Origin: Amoeboaphelidium protococcarum X5
Taxonomy: Eukaryota > Fungi > Aphelidiomycota
Reading direction: 5' to 3'
NCBI GenBank assembly: GCA_023515725.1
Contig: JALDTO010000213.1
Span: 124,001-188,000, forward strand
DNA: 64,000 nt
Below the pieces are notes generated by a model. The model saw nothing but the letters and a program-made list of their open reading frames with translations. It was not told the origin of the DNA and made no database searches. How positions within the stretch are numbered: position 1 is the stretch's first letter; every line of letters begins with the position of its first letter. Shown one piece after another: positions 58,405 through 64,000 of this stretch. A program made the translations under genes and the position numbers.

Positions 58405-60813
58405 TCAGCTGTCATCTTCTTCCATAATGACACCTTCTATATTGTCAATGAACCATGGATGTCTGACAATTTGCTCGATAGTTAATCGGTTCCTAGGATT
58501 TCTACATAACATTCCATCTAGAAGATCCACACAAACTCTTGATAATCTAATCTCATCTTTGCTCTATTTCAAAGAGAGTGACGGTGATTTGCTTCGATAA
58601 TGCATTTCATCCAAGTGCATTTACTACATTGATAAATTGGCCATCTCACTCTTGTTAGACAGATGAGCACCAGCTGCAAGATTGGTAGATTTGAAAAAGG
58701 GGGAGTGTTCCAAACTTGGACTCATGCTTCGTTATGAACTAGTATTGGACAGATTACGAATGCCATCATGCTTTGGATTTAGAGGAGATGGAACATATCT
58801 TCTCTGATGCATCTGCCTAGGATCAATTAAACACTGTTAGTTTATAAAAACAGGCTTGCCACAACCCAGCGCAAGTTACCGTACACTCATATGCTCATCA
58901 ATGGCATTCTTGGGATCATTAAATGGATTCTCACCAAACAGCATAGTGTACATCAACACACCCAAAGCCCAGATTTCAGCCTCAGGTCCTCGGTATTTCT
59001 AACCTTTTATAATCTCTGGCGCACAGTACTGAGGCGTACCATGAAATGTGTTAAACCATCTGCTGACATCCTGTGGTATAAAAGCGGCAGCACCAAAATC
59101 AATCAACTTCACATTATACTCTGCATCGATTACAAGATTTTCATCCTTAATGTCACGATGAACTATCCGCAGATCATGATGCAGGTAGTAGATCGCATCC
59201 GCCACTTGTTTAAAAACCTTTTTAGCAAGATCTTCACTGAATCGTTAATGAACATCAATGCATTCAAACAAGTCCATTGAGGCTCTTCTCTCAGACTTTC
59301 TACTGGCAGAGCTATCATCAGACATGTAGCCACTATGCTGCTTCTCCTTGTACTTCTTGATGTAAGACTTGCTATTAGCCTTGGTCACCTTTCTACCAGC
59401 CACCCACTCGGAGCCATGCATTTCAGTGACGAGATAATAGAATGCAGCATCTTCAAACCAGTCCACCAACTTTATAATATTTGAATGATCAATTCTCCTC
59501 AGCACGAAAAGTTCAAAGGGAACAGATGTCTATAGCAGCGGGTCATAAACATAAGATCTGATGGGAATCTTGTCCTTTATGATGAACTTAACAGCCACTT
59601 CTTTGACAGATGAGTGCATTTCTTCAGGAACACATTAAAGATTAGGCAGAGCTGATACTACAAATCCAAATCCACCTTCACCCAAAATGTCGCCAACTGT
59701 ATATCTATTGGTGAAAGATTTCAGAAACTTGTATTAACTCAAAATCTTCTCAGCCATAGTCTCTGGTGAACCGCATGAACCAACGGACGACTAAGTGCCT
59801 GTAGTAGTTTACGCCTTAAGAGCAGACAGTGGACTTAGATGCTAGTTGCTCTACTATTGCATCGAGCCTTACTATCCATGACCGCTAGAGCCATTACCAT
59901 GAATTTGATTGTTGTAATTAGTTGATTTCTAAATGAAAAGCGGGCTATCTCCTCTCTAAAATATATCTTTACCAGAAGAGACGGGTGGCCTGTCTTTAGC
60001 TACAGCCTTTGGACTTAATGACGGAGAGGAGCCTTTATTCTGCAACCTCATCACTGGAGATGCTGACGCAGACACCACTGGAGAGTTATCAAGCTTTGCC
60101 TTTTCATATTCCAGATCAGTTTGAACATTCGCAGTGGACTCAAGCATAGCTGGCTAGGAGACCTCCTTGAGTAGAGCCGGTTTCTTTGACTTGACCGCTG
60201 CCAGTTTGATATCATCTGGACCTGTATCCAAATCCATACTATCTGCACTGATTTAAGGCTTCAACTATGGCTACACCTTACTATTACCATGATTATTGTT
60301 GTAACCATTCTTGCTCAGAGCAACAGAGAATGGCCTGATACGAGGACTGATAATCTCCACATGATCATCAACATCGGCCTGGTGAAAAGGAAGCTTCTGA
60401 ATTCTACCTGCAGTCTACTGTTACTGCTACCCCTCCTAGCCAGTAACTTGGAGATGAGCACTAGCCTTATGACGAACACTAGAGTAATCAAATTGCGAAT
60501 CTTGACCGTAAAAAACGCCGTCGTGATGACTGGCCGTTTTACTTTGACTGAATTCCAACGGATTGGATCCTCGGTAGAACGGAAACACTTTCTAGAGAAA
60601 GCTCTTCTTGTGCTTTGGCTTATCATGGATATCGTCCTGAATGAGCATGTTATTACTGTTACCACTCTCCTAGCCAAAACTCTCTCTAGATATCATATTC
60701 TTCGGTTCATGCTAATGGGAAATCTAATTATGACGGATATCTTGAGTGACAGCGCTGACAATTTCACTCTGAACTTGTTATTGTTATTACTCAACTTCCA
60801 TTTAATGATCCAT
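58405..60813 (-). CDS. PAS-kinase/Pim-related Ser/Thr kinase with Q-rich N-terminus
   Basis: LGEGGFGFV, VAVKFIIK, HRDIKDEN, DFGAA, TFHGTPQYCAPE, EIWALGVLMYT; long insert before the final subdomain. Confidence 0.88.
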
Positions 60814-61208
60814 ATTATGCACAATTTATCACAGGAAATTCAGATACTTTAATGACACCTTTTATACTATATTTCAAAGCCGACTTATCGCTGTATAAAC
60901 TATTAGATATGAGAGATAAGGCCACTTGCGACGTAATTGTTTGTTTTACACCAGCAAAGCACTGCTCCAGATGCGAAACGATTATTGTTTGTCTGCGCGA
61001 TCCAACGAAACCAACCAAAAACAACAATGGGAGGCGATGGTGAAACGTCGTCTCGAGCAGTTGAAACAATTGGGTTTTACATCGATGAAGCGACAGTTAG
61101 TTAATTGAGATTAGGCGTATCTTAGTACTCACGTTTCAAGACGTATTGAATAATGAAGAAGAAATATTATTGCATAGATCGCAATTAAAATATACATAAC
61201 AACCAATA

Positions 61209-62324
61209 TCATTTCTTGCGACGAGGTCTGAGAGATCTGGTCTGAGTGTCGGGTGTTACGGTTTTCCTCTTTTAGCTTGATGATCTTGAGGAAGCAGAAG
61301 GCAGCGGTTATAACACCTCTTCCGTATGATTAACAGCTAATTACTGCGCCTTGATGAGCAACTCTTCATCGCGCTTCTTCATGCGTGCACCCACGCCTAC
61401 ATTGTAGTCTTCATTATCAGTCATCAATTCATAACGACACTTGGGACAATAGTTGCTTCTCTCTAACCAATGAACGATACAGTCCTGGTGATAAATATGA
61501 TGACATGGCATCTCGCGAATACACATCGTATCTTCACTGGGCTAATTAGCAGTAGCATATTGATTTTGTTACTTATCAGTGACACGATCAGACGGAAACT
61601 CTTCCAAGCAAATCGCGCACTTGGGATCAGTCTCCAATACAGATTGACACACTTTGTCGACCACTTTCAATCCATCTACAGCATCTTTTGAGGCAGGCGG
61701 TTGACCTTACTGACCAAAATCATTAATAGCATTCTAAAACAAATGGCGTAAAAGCATCTCTGTAAATCCGCCGTGATGCATTAGACCGTTCATGACATCA
61801 GCAAAAGTGAACGGATTATCCGCATTTCCTTAGTTCATGATATCACCGTCCTGATGCACGACGGTGCGCCGATTAGCAAATTGTATCCCAATGTCTTGCC
61901 TAGTACCAAAATTATTCTATTATAATTGACGCTGTTACGGATGACGCCGAGTCTACCGCTGAGAATTAGCTGAAGGAATATCAACCTGGACAGTTTCATT
62001 TGGGCGCATAACTAGCTCAAATGTCATCTGATGCATTTGATCATCACCTTAGCGATTATCAGCGTTCAATGGATTCTCCAACATCCTACGGGCCATCGCT
62101 CTTGTCACAGGTCCATCTCTTGTAATTGAGCCCAATCCTTATTGCTGCTACTATTACTAAGATATCTGTTGCTACTAGAATGCAGGGTGCGTATCAAAGA
62201 CAAAAGTAAATTCAGCTTGATACTATTACTCAGGCAGCTCTTGATTATTCTCCGCTTGTTCATCATTGTCATTAGCAGAATCATTCATCTACCGATACTA
62301 CTAGCGTCTCCGACTGGGAGGCAT
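61209..62324 (-). CDS. RING-H2 E3 ubiquitin ligase (RNF126/RNF181-like)
   Basis: [20 protein letters not shown]...[30 protein letters not shown]. Confidence 0.9.
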
Positions 62325-62534
62325 CACTACAAATATTTATTGATTTGTTGTTGATTAACTAACGTCGGTTGGAGTGATGATGATCAAGACAAAAAGGAAG
62401 AGCAAGCAACATGTGCCTGCCTGTCAAGTGATTGAAACGATTATTCTGTAGAATCGCTACGATAACAACAAGTGATATTTAGGCTATACTGTAATCATAA
62501 ATATAATTGCAACATTAATTTATTTATAAAATTA

Positions 62535-63857
62535 TCAAATCTCTTTCACAAAATTAGATGGAAAATTGCCAGATAATCCAGAGCTGAGATTCGTGCCCTT
62601 CCACCAGGCGGCAGCTGATGGATCAAGTGGAGTGCCATTGTCCACAGACACGCGAATCACGTCACCTACGACAAAGTTGAGATCGCCGTCTTGTTCCGCG
62701 TCAAAATTGAAAACGGCCTTGAACATTTTGAAATTCTTTTTCAGAACGGGCGGCACAGGGAGTTGAGGCTTTGGTTTCAACACTGGAGGAATATTTTACT
62801 GTGAAAGTCGCGCATGATCCAGAGGTGGGGCAGATGGATGAGGATTCACTGACGGGGAATGAGGGCGACTAGATGAAGCAGAAGTGGTATTCTGAGCTGG
62901 GAGATACGTGAATGCATGTTGAGTCATGTGGCTTCTGCCGTGACTCTGAGTAGACATTGGTGACTGTGGGGTGGATTGATTGATCACGGAGCTATTCATG
63001 GACTGAGTCAACTTGTCAACATTATAGTTATTAGATTGAGGTGCCGTCAGATGACCTGCTATTATCCCATCCAAATCCAGTCCTTAATCTAATTACTCCA
63101 TTAGCTCTGCACATTCGCGATAAAAGTGGAGCATAGCTTTCAATGTCTGAGCAGTCTCCACTCTACGCATTGCCGACGTGTCTGCATCATTAGACAAAGG
63201 CACTAGCAACTCGCGAATAGCATTAGCACTAGAATCAAACTTTCCTTAAGCCAATTGCACTTCAGTTTCATACTTTTTAATCTTTGCATCTCCATTAGCT
63301 GATTTCACTTCCTGCTTAAGTTTGAATTTTTTCGCATCAAGATCTAGTCGGCGTTGTTTCAACTTTTCATAATGATCGTCCGCGCCTTAGATGTTCTCCT
63401 TTAGCATCAGCTACTTTGGTTAGATAAAACATTCGTACGCTTTATCATTCAGTTCAGCTTATTTACGTGCCATCAAGCAAAGGACCTTGTTAACACTCCC
63501 AAAGTACTGTTTTGTAAATTCATCATGAGGATACGATGATGACAAATTATCCATAGCCTCCGCTAAAACATAGAGCGTTTGGCTTCTAGATAGATCATCA
63601 GCATGTTTTACGCGCACTTTCCCGGCTGACTGAGCGGATGAACCACTTACCTGACTACTCTCATACTAATGATGATACGTGCCGCCATTAAAATGCGTCG
63701 CTGCCTTTTGAATACAATCTTTCAGCAGGGTAGATGTTGACTCTGCCTTCAATAGCAGTCCATTGATATCAGAAGGAATATCAGTTTTCTGATCCTTTGA
63801 ATTGTTTGACAATGTTTCGCGCGTTGCCTGTTTGAATCTATTCCAAGACTGAGCCAT
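62535..63857 (-). CDS. N-BAR plus SH3 protein (endophilin-like)
   Basis: Amphipathic MAQSWNRFKQATRE, BAR helices (KQRRLDLDAKK, AQGKF), Pro-rich linker, SH3 AVFNFDAEQDGDLNF...WWKG...GNFPSNFV. Confidence 0.88.
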
Positions 63858-64000
63858 ATTCAAAAGTGATAATAAAAAAGTGCGTATTACTTACAAGCTT
63901 TTAAGACTTCAGTAGAATAAAGTTTGTGGGCATTTCATTTATCAAATGAGCCCTTTTCCGGGCTAGATCTTGTGTAACCAATTTTCCTTCTCCAATCAGA

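Noticed and set aside
60289-60852. 187-aa plus-strand ORF in the track
   Set aside because: Antisense to the Gln-rich N-terminus of the PASK-like kinase; Leu-rich composition mirrors TAR/CAR codons.

Overview
Compact, gene-dense eukaryotic nuclear DNA: about 38 protein-coding genes in 64 kb, short intergenic spacers, and mostly 50-80 nt GT-AG introns. The supplied ORF track is fragmented because this genome does not use the standard code. In-frame TAA and TAG occur throughout intact conserved genes, including at the invariant Gln61 of Ras, and every gene traced ends in TGA (TAR=Gln, translation table 6). Gene content is fungus-like/opisthokont. Together with this code, that best fits an aphelid such as Amoeboaphelidium (inference). 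Read with TAR=Gln, the genes are Rcf2, CLPTM1, YJU2, mt EF-Ts, FCF1, a 3xC1 protein kinase D, prefoldin 4, a TALE homeobox factor, Mtq2/N6AMT1, a peroxisomal acyl-CoA dehydrogenase, a Crinkler-like nuclease-kinase, Integrator subunit 9, DBP6, a UBL-WLM protease, a membrane-anchored GH19, PIG-L, PNS1, two further kinases, PDK/BCKDK, SmD3, Ras, ISA1, a GST-fused ArgRS, mtHsp70, F-box/LRR, uridine kinase, MATE, DHHC, AVT1, LRR/BC-box, SLC25A44, CSA, KAR, RING-H2, BAR-SH3 and a few hypothetical proteins. Beyond the code, the highlights are: (1) a near-invariant (T)GTAG 3' splice site; (2) an mtHsp70 intron folded into one long hairpin with a U31/snR67-type C/D snoRNA at its apex; (3) the GST-ArgRS fusion; (4) the type II membrane GH19; (5) the CRN-like REase-kinase. 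All translations and family calls were done by eye and need HMM confirmation.
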